Positions 1-8,901 of a DNA stretch of 22,556 bases are shown here, in pieces. The DNA comes from Nanohaloarchaea archaeon B1-Br10_U2g1. Lineage in GTDB: Archaea; Nanohalarchaeota; Nanosalinia; Nanosalinales; Nanosalinaceae. The stretch covers positions 1 to 22,556 of the forward strand of contig LKMN01000010.1 of assembly GCA_001563875.1 (NCBI GenBank). The letters run 5' to 3'. Below the pieces are notes generated by a model. It did not search any database and was not told the origin of the DNA. It saw nothing but the letters and a program-made list of their open reading frames with translations. Made by a program: the position numbers and the translations under genes. Each line of letters opens with the position of its first letter. The first letter of the stretch is position 1.

Positions 1-3
1 CGA

Positions 4-53
4 CACCCTGACTTCATATGGAGTAGTAATTTAAACCTTAATTTCTAATGGAG
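4..53 (-). promoter_or_regulatory. Two ORB-like origin recognition boxes (probable edge of oriC / orc1 promoter)
   Basis: Minus strand reads CTCCATATGAAGTCAGGGTG (4-23) and CTCCATTAGAAATTAAGGTT (34-53). Both fit the TCCA-N3-GAA core with a G-rich tail, are 30 bp apart and lie directly upstream of orc1/cdc6. A TTTAAA TATA-like box sits at 30-35. Confidence 0.7.
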
Positions 54-105
54 AATACGCGGACTAGAAGATGAAAAGAAAGGTTCGAACTACGGAGGGG
101 AGGAA

Positions 106-1311
106 ATGAGTCAGAGCAATCTGAAGTCGATGTTCACCGACTATATAGACGGTGACTCGTTCTTCAAAAATAAGGATGCACTTACAACCAACTGGAAACC
201 TGATAATATTCTACACAGAGATCAGCAGATCAATGATCTGGCAAGCATACTAGCACCAAGCCTAAGAGGGGATGATCCTAGCAACGTCTTCATCTACGGA
301 TCGGTAGGAACAGGAAAAACACTTATCACAAAACATGTCACAGAAGAACTTACAAGTGTTGCAAACTCGGAAGACGTAGATCTTAACATAGTATATATCA
401 ACTGTAAGATGAAGAAGGTGGCGGATACAGAGTACCGTTTACTCGCAAAGCTTGCCGAGCAGCTAGGAGATGATGTGCCTTCTACAGGCCTACCTACAGA
501 CGAGGTCTACAACCGTTTCTTTGAAGCCTTACAGGAACAGGAAGGTGTAGTAGTTATAGCGTTAGACGAGATAGATGCTCTGGTAAAGAAGGTAGGGGAC
601 GAGTTTCTTTACAACCTTACAAGGATCAACGACGATCTACAGAAGACAAAAGTAAGTATAATAGGGATATCAAATGATCTAAACTTCACAGAGTATATGG
701 ACTCTCGAGTGAAGTCATCACTTTCTGAAGAGGAGATTATATTCCCTCCTTACAACGCAATAGAGCTTAGAGAGATACTTAAGGATAGAGCTGAGAAAGG
801 TTTTGTCGAGGAAGCTTTGAAAGGAGGAGTAATCTCTAAATGTTCTGCTCTAGCAGCACAGGAACACGGTGATGCGAGAAGAGCCTTAGATCTTATACGT
901 GTGGCTGGAGAGCTAGCTGAAAGAAGCAGTTCGGAAGAGATCGCCAAAAAACATGTTGACAAAGCTCAAGAGAAAATTGAAAGAGATAGAATAGTAGAGA
1001 CGGTTAGAAGCCAGCCAAAACACTCCAAACTTGTCCTATACATAATACTCGATATGACAGATGACCAAGATGATATAGCTACCGGTGATGTATACTCTGA
1101 ATACAAAGGACTCTGTGAGGAAGTAGACGTTTCGAAGCTTACTCAGAGAAGAGTATCAGGACTTATATCAGAGCTAGATATGCTTGGAGTAATCAACGCA
1201 AAAGTCATATCCAAAGGACGTTACGGACGTACAAGACAGATAAGTGTTGACCTATCAGAAGATATCCGAGGCCAGATCAAGGAAATGGTTGAGGACAAGT
1301 TTTACATTTAG
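106..1311 (+). CDS. cdc6: Orc1/Cdc6 replication initiator (origin-associated type)
   Basis: Walker A GSVGTGKT, Walker B IALDEID, sensor GDARRALD, C-terminal winged helix TQRRVS...ELDMLG...SKGRYGRTR. Purine-rich RBS (GGAGGGGAGG) upstream. Confidence 0.97.
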   Translation: MSQSNLKSMFTDYIDGDSFFKNKDALTTNWKPDNILHRDQQINDLASILAPSLRGDDPSNVFIYGSVGTGKTLITKHVTEELTSVANSEDVDLNIVYINCKMKKVADTEYRLLAKLAEQLGDDVPSTGLPTDEVYNRFFEALQEQEGVVVIALDEIDALVKKVGDEFLYNLTRINDDLQKTKVSIIGISNDLNFTEYMDSRVKSSLSEEEIIFPPYNAIELREILKDRAEKGFVEEALKGGVISKCSALAAQEHGDARRALDLIRVAGELAERSSSEEIAKKHVDKAQEKIERDRIVETVRSQPKHSKLVLYIILDMTDDQDDIATGDVYSEYKGLCEEVDVSKLTQRRVSGLISELDMLGVINAKVISKGRYGRTRQISVDLSEDIRGQIKEMVEDKFYI

Positions 1312-1347
1312 AGTTTCAACTCTTGAGGGGAGTTGAGAGGGGAAAGA

Positions 1348-2925
1348 ATGAACAAACACGTAGTTAAACAGCTAACAAAAGAAGGATGTATTGTTGAAAA
1401 AGATGCGGCAGAAGCATTGACAGAAGAAGACATAGAGGCCATAAGATCTCTTGATACAACACCTATGTATATCACAGAGAGTATGTTAACGAATCTACGT
1501 GAAAAAGAGGTTGTTTCTAACGGAGGAACAGTAGTAAAACAGAAAACCGGTGAAAGATCCGGCCAGGACGGCTCCAACAGAGATCAAGAACCTGAATCCG
1601 GAAAGTTAAATAGCTCTGAGACAGAGAAGACTTCTGAAGAATATACTGAAAAAGATCAGAGTTCAGACGTTTCTACACCGGTAAAGATAATGGATGACAG
1701 AGACCGTAAGGAGATCAGGACAAAGGTCGAGATAGTTGACGATAAAGAGATCTCGATAACGGAGAAAGGTGTTCCCGAGTTCTTACAGTACTACAACGAC
1801 CGTTACGACGCGATGAAGAAGCTTCTTATGAACCGTATGGAGATGCAGTCCGCAACAACAATCAACAGGCTGGAAAGAAGAAACGAAGGTGACGAAGCTA
1901 CCACCATAGGCCTAGTAAATGATAAGTACTCAACAAACAGCGGTAAATGGATAGTTGAGATAGAGGATAATACGGAGAGCTTCAAGGTTCTAGTAGATGA
2001 AAGGGAAGGAGAGAGAATAGTTCCTGACGAGGTTATAGGCGTAATAGGAAGCATGGGAGGAGACATAATCTATGCGGACAGTATCGTAAGACCTGATATG
2101 CCTATACCAAGCGGTATCAAGACTACGGAAGACGATGTAGAGGCTGCATATATATCTGACCTCCATCTAGGATCCAAAGATACGTCCCATAAAGCGTTCG
2201 ACAGGTTTGCTAAATGGCTTAACTCCAAGGCAGCGGAGAAGGTAGGATATCTAGTGATACCTGGAGACGTCGTCGAAGGCGTAGGAACTTACCCGGGCCA
2301 AGAACATGATCTAGAGGTAACCGATATATACAAACAGTACAGGCTTTTCGAAGAATGGGTTGAGAGGATACCGGAACATATACAGATAGTTGTATCTCCA
2401 GGAAACCACGATATAACACGTCTAGCTGAGCCACAGCCATCTCTACCGGAGAAGGCTTTACCGACTATAAAGGACTACAACAATGTACATCTGGTTCAGA
2501 ACCCGCAGACGGTCAGGTTACACGGTATAGAAGGAAAGGGGATAGTCAATCTTCTTTACCACGGAACCTCTTTCGACGGCCATGTAGACCAGATAAAGGA
2601 TCTTAGGGAGAAGGCGTACGAGGAGCCGCACCATGTCATGATAGATCTGCTGAAGAGAAGACATCTAGCACCTACCTTCGGAACCAACTCCGTATCTCCC
2701 GAAGAGAAAGACCATCTTGTTATAAGAGAGGAGCCGGACGTCTTCGTCACAGGACATTTCCACAGCCATAGCAACGAAAACTACAAGGGAACAAACGTTA
2801 TCAACGCTTCAAGCTTCCAGAAACAGACCGACTTCCAGAGAAGGGTAGGCCACGAACCTGATCCTGGAAAGGTAACGGTTGTCAACTACAAAACCCGTAA
2901 TACCAGAGTCAAGAAGTTTATCTAG
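1348..2925 (+). CDS. polB: DNA polymerase D small (proofreading exonuclease) subunit DP1
   Basis: Calcineurin-like phosphoesterase motifs DLHLG, GDVVEG, PGNHD, YHG and GHFH, plus LKRRHLAP, an OB fold and a low-complexity linker. Lies between cdc6 and DP2. ATG 1348 (after GAGGGG) is preferred over TTG 1333. Confidence 0.95.
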   Translation: MNKHVVKQLTKEGCIVEKDAAEALTEEDIEAIRSLDTTPMYITESMLTNLREKEVVSNGGTVVKQKTGERSGQDGSNRDQEPESGKLNSSETEKTSEEYTEKDQSSDVSTPVKIMDDRDRKEIRTKVEIVDDKEISITEKGVPEFLQYYNDRYDAMKKLLMNRMEMQSATTINRLERRNEGDEATTIGLVNDKYSTNSGKWIVEIEDNTESFKVLVDEREGERIVPDEVIGVIGSMGGDIIYADSIVRPDMPIPSGIKTTEDDVEAAYISDLHLGSKDTSHKAFDRFAKWLNSKAAEKVGYLVIPGDVVEGVGTYPGQEHDLEVTDIYKQYRLFEEWVERIPEHIQIVVSPGNHDITRLAEPQPSLPEKALPTIKDYNNVHLVQNPQTVRLHGIEGKGIVNLLYHGTSFDGHVDQIKDLREKAYEEPHHVMIDLLKRRHLAPTFGTNSVSPEEKDHLVIREEPDVFVTGHFHSHSNENYKGTNVINASSFQKQTDFQRRVGHEPDPGKVTVVNYKTRNTRVKKFI

Positions 2926-2930
2926 AAAAA

Positions 2931-5900
2931 ATGAAGACCGACAAATACTTTGAAACAATAGAGAAAGAGACTGAGAAAGCATATGAAGTTGCGGAGAAAG
3001 CAAGAGCTCAGTCCAAAGATCCTGAGCAACGAGTAGATATACCTGTAGCAACAGATCTACCGGAGAAAGCTTCAAGCCTGGTTATTGCCGCCAAGTTTCC
3101 TGAGTTAGAGGATAAAGGCGTTCCGGAACGTATAAGAGAGCTGGAGAACGAGTACGGTAAGAACGATGAACGTGTAGCGTTCAAGATAGCTAGGGAGATA
3201 GCTGAAGAAAACTTTGTGGAGTTCAATGATAGAGAAAGAGCCTGCAATGCGGGAATAAGAGTGGGAGTAAGCTACATGACAGGAGGTATTACAACAGCTC
3301 CTTTAGAAGGTATTGGAGAGATAAAAGTAAGAGAGAACGACGACGGCACGAAATATCTGGCGGTATACTACTCAGGACCTATTAGAAGCGCCGGCGGAAC
3401 AGCATCCGCGATGAGCGTACTTCTGTCCGACTATGTAAGGATCGGTGTAGGACTTGACAGGTTCAAGCCTTCGGAGACAATAACTAAGAGATACTCTACA
3501 GAGGTAGAAGACTACTACAACCGTGTTACATCCAAACAGTACAATCCTACACGTGAAGAGACAGAGATGATTGCAGAGAATGTTCCGGTCGAAGTCACGG
3601 GGTCAGCGACCGAAAGCTTGGATGTATCGAACTACAAAGACCTGGAAAGGGTGGAAACCAACAGAATCAGAGGAGGAATGTGTCTAGTATATCTTGACGG
3701 CCTTCCTCTGAAAGCATCTAAGATAAAGAAACGTATAGAGAAATGGGGTAAGGAGTTCGGACTTGAACACTGGGAATGGATATCTGAATACCTGAATCTA
3801 CAGAAAAGTATTCACTCCTCGGACGACTCCGATGAAGATTCAGGAGATAAAAAGAAGAAATATACCGCGTCAGACAAGTTTCTAGGATCACTGACCGCAG
3901 GAAGACCTGTGCTAGCCCATCCTGGAAAAAAAGGCGGTTTCAGGCTTCGTTACGGGCATTCACGTACGAACGGTTTGGCAGCAGCATCTTTCCATCCCGC
4001 GACTATGGAGGTAACAGAAAGGTTCATGGCTATAGGAACACAGCTAAAGACAGAGTATCCTATGAAAGGAACGGTCGGAACCCCTTGTGACTCGATACAT
4101 CCTCCGGTTGTAAGGTTAGAGGATGGAGCGGTGGTCAAGCTGGAGTCCAGAGAACAAGCCAAGAAGCTGGAGCCCGAGATAGAGGAAATACTCTTTGTAG
4201 GGGATATGCTGGTTCCGTTCGGAGAGTTTATAGAGAACGGGAAAAAGCTGCTTCCATCACCTTACGTAAAGGAGTGGTGGGAAAAGGAACTGGAGAAGAC
4301 GCTTAAAGAAAAAAATGTAAAGCTAGGAAGAGACTTCTCAGAAAGAGATCCTTCTCCTGAAGAAGCTTTCAAGATATCAGAAAAGCTTGAGATCCCTCTA
4401 CATCCAAGATGGACTTACCACTGGAGAGAAACCGATGTTGAAGGATTTAAAGCGCTTCACAAAGCGTTAAGAGAAGATAAATTAGAGGGAAAACAGGTTA
4501 AAAATACTTTAGAGGATCTACTTGTACCGCATAAAGTTACTGAGAACGGTCTGAAACTATCCAAAAACGATTTTAAGGTTTTAAAAGAGCTTCTTAGGCC
4601 TGGAGAAGACAATAAAGAGCTTCTAGAATCTCTTGAGTCCTCTGAAGATATACCGGGTTTTATAGAAGAGGTTTCGGGAATAGAGGTACGGGAACAGGCG
4701 CCTCACTACCTCGGGTCAAGGATGGGTAGACCGGAAAAGGCAGAGAGAAGAACTATCAAAGGAAAGCCGCAGCTCCTCTTCCCCTGTGGCAAACAGGAAG
4801 GCGGCCGTATGAGAAACCTTTCAGCATCATACAAGAAAGAGACCGTAAACGAGTCGATAATCCATAACAAATGTCCTGAATGTGATGAATACAGCTACTT
4901 CTCATACTGCAAAGAATGCGGAACATCTACCGAGCCTGTATGGTTCTGTATGGACTGTGGCAAAGAACATAAGGAAGAGCCCAATAGCTGTGGCAAATGC
5001 GGAAATGACAGATTTAAACGGTACAAGAGGACTGATATAGATGTTAAGAAACTGGTAGATGACGCAAAGCAGAAATTAGGTATCAGAAATATGCCGGAGC
5101 TACTGAAATCTGTAAGAGGTATGAGCGGGAAAAACAAAAACGTCGAGCCGATAGAGAAAGGACTTCTAAGAGAGAAACACGATCTTTATGTCAACAAAGA
5201 TGGTACTGTGCGTTATGATGCAACAGATCTACCTATGACTCATTTCAAGCCTAGAGAGATAGATGTTTCCGTCGATAAGCTGAGAGAGCTCGGATACACT
5301 GAAGATATTGAAGGCAACAGTTTGGAGAACCAGGAACAGATCTTAGAGTTAAAGCCTCAAGACATCGTTATACCGGACGGAGAGAAATCACTTCCGGCCT
5401 CAGACTATATGATCAGAGTTACAAAGTTTATAGACGAACTACTAGAGAAGTTCTACGGACTGGAACCATACTACAATGTTGAGGAAAAAGAAGATCTTGT
5501 AGGCTCACTGGTAATCGGATTAGCACCTCACACATCAGGAGGTACTGTAGGCCGAATAATAGGTTTTACAGACGCTAAAGGGATCTATGCTCATCCATAC
5601 TGGCACGCAGGAAAAAGAAGAAATGCAGATGGAGACGAAGATGCAATACTTCTTCTTATGGACGGCTTACTAAACTTTTCACGCGATTTCCTTCCAGATA
5701 TGACAGGTGCAAGAACTATGGATGCGCCTTTAATCCTTTCAACAGTTCTAAATGCTGATGAGGTTGATGATGAGGCTTGGGCTACAGAAACAGTTAGTGA
5801 GTATCCTCTAAGCTTTTATGAGGAAACTTTGGATTATAAGAAGCCGTGGGAGTTAGAAACAGATATACAGATAGGAGAGGATATCGTACACAGCGACGAG

Positions 5901-6410
5901 CCTTACAACCACGGATTTACCCATGACTCCACATCTGTAGAGGATGGACCTACACAGAGTGAGTACGTAACGCTTGATGAGATGAGCGAGAAGACCTCAG
6001 CACAGCTAGGTATAGGAGAGAAGCTTAAAGCTGTTGACGAGGACAAGGTAGCCGAGCTTCTGCTTAGAAAACACTTCATACCTGATATAAAAGGTAATCT
6101 AAGAAGTTTCTCCAGTCAGAAGATGCGATGTGTCGACTGTAACGAGAAGTTCCGTAGAGTTCCTATGACGGATCAGACGATAGCTCCGACAGGTAAGACC
6201 ACAGCACAATGTCCGAGCTGCGGAGGCAAGGTTCTTTTGACAATCCATGAAGGCACCATAAAGAAGTATATGAATCCCAGTAAAGATATAATCGACCAGT
6301 ATGAGGTAGGACCTTATACACGTCAGCAGATACTTATCCTTAAGAAGATGATACAGAGTCTTTTCGGGAAGGACAACAGACAGTCAGGGCTTAAACAGTT
6401 TACAGCATAA
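2931..6410 (+). CDS. polC: DNA polymerase D large subunit DP2
   Basis: GPIRSAGGTA, GGFRLRYG, RMGRPEK, central CxxC zinc clusters, catalytic DGDED, C-terminal CVDC...CPSC zinc finger and PIP-like QSGLKQF terminus. No intein. Confidence 0.98.
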   Translation: MKTDKYFETIEKETEKAYEVAEKARAQSKDPEQRVDIPVATDLPEKASSLVIAAKFPELEDKGVPERIRELENEYGKNDERVAFKIAREIAEENFVEFNDRERACNAGIRVGVSYMTGGITTAPLEGIGEIKVRENDDGTKYLAVYYSGPIRSAGGTASAMSVLLSDYVRIGVGLDRFKPSETITKRYSTEVEDYYNRVTSKQYNPTREETEMIAENVPVEVTGSATESLDVSNYKDLERVETNRIRGGMCLVYLDGLPLKASKIKKRIEKWGKEFGLEHWEWISEYLNLQKSIHSSDDSDEDSGDKKKKYTASDKFLGSLTAGRPVLAHPGKKGGFRLRYGHSRTNGLAAASFHPATMEVTERFMAIGTQLKTEYPMKGTVGTPCDSIHPPVVRLEDGAVVKLESREQAKKLEPEIEEILFVGDMLVPFGEFIENGKKLLPSPYVKEWWEKELEKTLKEKNVKLGRDFSERDPSPEEAFKISEKLEIPLHPRWTYHWRETDVEGFKALHKALREDKLEGKQVKNTLEDLLVPHKVTENGLKLSKNDFKVLKELLRPGEDNKELLESLESSEDIPGFIEEVSGIEVREQAPHYLGSRMGRPEKAERRTIKGKPQLLFPCGKQEGGRMRNLSASYKKETVNESIIHNKCPECDEYSYFSYCKECGTSTEPVWFCMDCGKEHKEEPNSCGKCGNDRFKRYKRTDIDVKKLVDDAKQKLGIRNMPELLKSVRGMSGKNKNVEPIEKGLLREKHDLYVNKDGTVRYDATDLPMTHFKPREIDVSVDKLRELGYTEDIEGNSLENQEQILELKPQDIVIPDGEKSLPASDYMIRVTKFIDELLEKFYGLEPYYNVEEKEDLVGSLVIGLAPHTSGGTVGRIIGFTDAKGIYAHPYWHAGKRRNADGDEDAILLLMDGLLNFSRDFLPDMTGARTMDAPLILSTVLNADEVDDEAWATETVSEYPLSFYEETLDYKKPWELETDIQIGEDIVHSDEPYNHGFTHDSTSVEDGPTQSEYVTLDEMSEKTSAQLGIGEKLKAVDEDKVAELLLRKHFIPDIKGNLRSFSSQKMRCVDCNEKFRRVPMTDQTIAPTGKTTAQCPSCGGKVLLTIHEGTIKKYMNPSKDIIDQYEVGPYTRQQILILKKMIQSLFGKDNRQSGLKQFTA

Positions 6411-6513
6411 CCGCTGTATTTACTGGATTCCTGAGAAGGAATGAAATGAAAACTACGATTGTTCCACTTCTTAACCATAAGATTATTTAGGCTCGTAAAC
6501 CGGTTTTTAACTT

Positions 6514-7047
6514 ATGAGCAGAGAAGTTGAGATCAAGGAAGTCATGACTGATGGAGTAATAGCAATTGAAACCGACAAAACCGTTGTACAAGCAGCGAAA
6601 CTGTTGAGAGATGAAGGTATTCGAGGCTTAGTTGCGGTGGAAAACGGAGAAGCTATCGGAGTTATTGTATGTAGAGATATAGTCTATGAGGTAGTTGCAA
6701 AAGGCATGAACCCTCAAGAGACAAAGGTTGAAGATATAATGAGCACCGATCTTATCGTTGCAGAGGAAGACGAGGTTCTTGATGAGGTAGCTATGGCGAT
6801 GGTAAGAAACAACGTCTCCCGTATACCGGTTGTGAGACAGGATATGCTTGTAGGAATACTTACACAGTCAGATATTGTAAGAGCATGGCCTGGGTTTGCC
6901 GAGATTATAGGTGAAGAGGAAGAGATGGATGCTGAAGCCACACCGAGACAGACCAATAAAGAGGGAACCTGTGAAAGCTGTGAAAACTACTCTGAGAGCT
7001 TAGTAGACGCAGACGGACTTCTACTGTGTCCTGAATGTAGAGAGTGA
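6514..7047 (+). CDS. CBS-pair protein with C-terminal zinc ribbon
   Basis: Two CBS repeats (IKEVMT...GVIVCRDI and VEDIMS...GILTQSDI), followed by GTCESC...LCPEC. Confidence 0.9.
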   Translation: MSREVEIKEVMTDGVIAIETDKTVVQAAKLLRDEGIRGLVAVENGEAIGVIVCRDIVYEVVAKGMNPQETKVEDIMSTDLIVAEEDEVLDEVAMAMVRNNVSRIPVVRQDMLVGILTQSDIVRAWPGFAEIIGEEEEMDAEATPRQTNKEGTCESCENYSESLVDADGLLLCPECRE

Positions 7048-7102
7048 AAACACATATCCTCTCTTACATACCTTTTTTATCCTGTCAAAGAAACTTTCTA
7101 CC

Positions 7103-7543
7103 ATGGATATAACAGAGGAGGTAATTAGGAGAAGAGAGACCTTGCCGGCTAAAGGAGACTCTGTATATCCGGAGATAAGAGATCTTATAGAGAGAAGGAT
7201 GGACTTCGACCATGTATCAGAGGAAAAGTACTACCATGATACGGAGAACGGAACAGTCCGGTCAGAACTGAAGGCGGAACAAGGATTCGATGAGCATACA
7301 GAGGCAGAGTACGATATATTTATCGTTGTGTCTGCATCAGGAGAAGTAGATATACAGGTTAAGGGCAAGCTTGTGACCGAGTACGAGTTCTCAGGTAATA
7401 GAGAGCCTATATGGCACTATGCGTATAGAGCTCTGTACGAGAAATTTATCTACGGCACCGTAAGACAGGGCTACGTTCCGGCGGTAGAGGAGAAAACCGA
7501 TGAGCTACTTACACGTCTAAGACAGAATATGGAGGTTTCCTAA
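7103..7543 (+). CDS. Hypothetical protein (paralog A of a three-gene array)
   Basis: 146-aa acidic ORF. Its stop overlaps the next start (TAATG), and its residue pattern is shared with the next two ORFs. Confidence 0.85.
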   Translation: MDITEEVIRRRETLPAKGDSVYPEIRDLIERRMDFDHVSEEKYYHDTENGTVRSELKAEQGFDEHTEAEYDIFIVVSASGEVDIQVKGKLVTEYEFSGNREPIWHYAYRALYEKFIYGTVRQGYVPAVEEKTDELLTRLRQNMEVS

Positions 7544-8163
7544 TGGTGAAGTTTGAGGAGTCTTCGTTCTCGAAGTCAGATGTCTTCTTTGTCAAAGAAG
7601 ATCCTGCAAGAATCTACAGAGGGCTGAAGGATCTGCTAGTCGACGAGTTCGATATGGACAGGATTGAGGAAGGCCATATGGAGTTCAGCGTGAATAAACC
7701 TAAAGATAAGATAAGGCTGTGGGCATTCAAAGAGAAAAGCCCTCATACAGTACTACGTTTCAAACTAGGTTTCAGAGTCAAAAAACCTAAAGATATATAC
7801 AAAGTTCAGAGACCTGAAGATATACTAAAAGCGCAGGTAGCTGTTGATGCTAAGGTTATAACTGTCTACCCTGGAGGAGAACCGATCTCATGGGTTCCGG
7901 AGCCGTTGATGGAAGACAATACTTCCACATGGGGCAAGACAGGGCTTAAAGCAGAGGAACGAACACGGTTCCAGAAATCGAAGTTCTATGAGATACTTGT
8001 AGGGATATGGTACAACAAATTTTACTCAAAAGAGATAAGCCGTTACGAAGAGGAGGCAGAGGAGATATCTCTACATATACATAATCTAATGCGTGAAAAG
8101 TTTGGAGTACAAAAATCTATACACCGTTCAGGTTCATCACAGTACAAACCTCCATGGAGCTGA
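7543..8163 (+). CDS. Hypothetical protein (paralog B)
   Basis: 206-aa ORF, translationally coupled to the upstream gene, with the same helix / beta-meander / aromatic helix layout. Confidence 0.85.
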   Translation: MVKFEESSFSKSDVFFVKEDPARIYRGLKDLLVDEFDMDRIEEGHMEFSVNKPKDKIRLWAFKEKSPHTVLRFKLGFRVKKPKDIYKVQRPEDILKAQVAVDAKVITVYPGGEPISWVPEPLMEDNTSTWGKTGLKAEERTRFQKSKFYEILVGIWYNKFYSKEISRYEEEAEEISLHIHNLMREKFGVQKSIHRSGSSQYKPPWS

Positions 8164-8171
8164 GATAAGAG

Positions 8172-8834
8172 ATGTCATCAGACAAAGAAGGAAACTGGCT
8201 TACAAACAAGGTTAAGTACTGGCTGGACTTCCCGGATCCAAGCACCGACCACCACGACAATATATGGCACCATTTCCATATCTTTGACGGTCACTGGATA
8301 AGAGTACAGAACAGGAAAGAATGGTATGAAAGCCCTAACGTGCCAGGGATATACAAAGACCATAAGTATATCTTTAAAGAAAACGTAGGGATAGGAAGGC
8401 CCGAGGAAACCTTTTACGCGCAGAACGTTGACAACGGAGATTTCAAATCAGTGATGGAGGCCTCAGAAGGTCTTCCAAGCGGTAGAGGAGACCTGAAAAT
8501 AACGACAACCATCAACACGAAGAGCCCTCCTTCAGGAGAGAACGACTTCGCCCTAGTTGAGTATGTCGTTGATACAGAGATAAAGTATGATTTACACAAG
8601 GGAATAACATTTCTTCCACGTATACTTGCAAGACCGTTAAACAGGTTCTTCAAATGGGCGTTCTTCAATATTCTAGGAGAAGAGATGGTGGACCGAGACG
8701 GAGAGTACGCAAGAGAAAGAACAACAGAGTACTTCCAGTATGTAAGAAAGTACCATGGTGAAGAGCCCACCCAGACACGGACTAGACAGGCCGAGTTCAA
8801 ACCGGTTCCTGAAGACGGAATATTCTTCCAGTAA
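8172..8834 (+). CDS. Hypothetical protein (paralog C, His/Trp-rich N-terminal extension)
   Basis: 220-aa ORF starting 8 nt after paralog B. Core aligns by eye with A and B. Confidence 0.85.
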   Translation: MSSDKEGNWLTNKVKYWLDFPDPSTDHHDNIWHHFHIFDGHWIRVQNRKEWYESPNVPGIYKDHKYIFKENVGIGRPEETFYAQNVDNGDFKSVMEASEGLPSGRGDLKITTTINTKSPPSGENDFALVEYVVDTEIKYDLHKGITFLPRILARPLNRFFKWAFFNILGEEMVDRDGEYARERTTEYFQYVRKYHGEEPTQTRTRQAEFKPVPEDGIFFQ

Positions 8835-8901
8835 ACGGTCGGTACAGTAAGACAGTTAAGGCTTGGGAAAGAAGTCATCATTGCGGGACTACTAAATTAT
8901 A

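Noticed and set aside
750-5137. Short antisense ORFs inside cdc6, DP1 and DP2
   Set aside because: They lie opposite well-conserved genes and have Ser/Leu/Phe-rich shadow composition with no motifs.
6427-6470. GAGA-tetraloop hairpin (ATTCCT/AGGAAT) and an ORB-like GTTCCACTT after DP2
   Set aside because: A 6-bp stem is within chance expectation, and the ORB-like word lacks the GAAA half and G-string.
8835-8900. Second H/ACA hairpin for the neighbouring U1917
   Set aside because: Only 4-5 bp stems are present, with no clear K-turn and no UAGUUAC guide.
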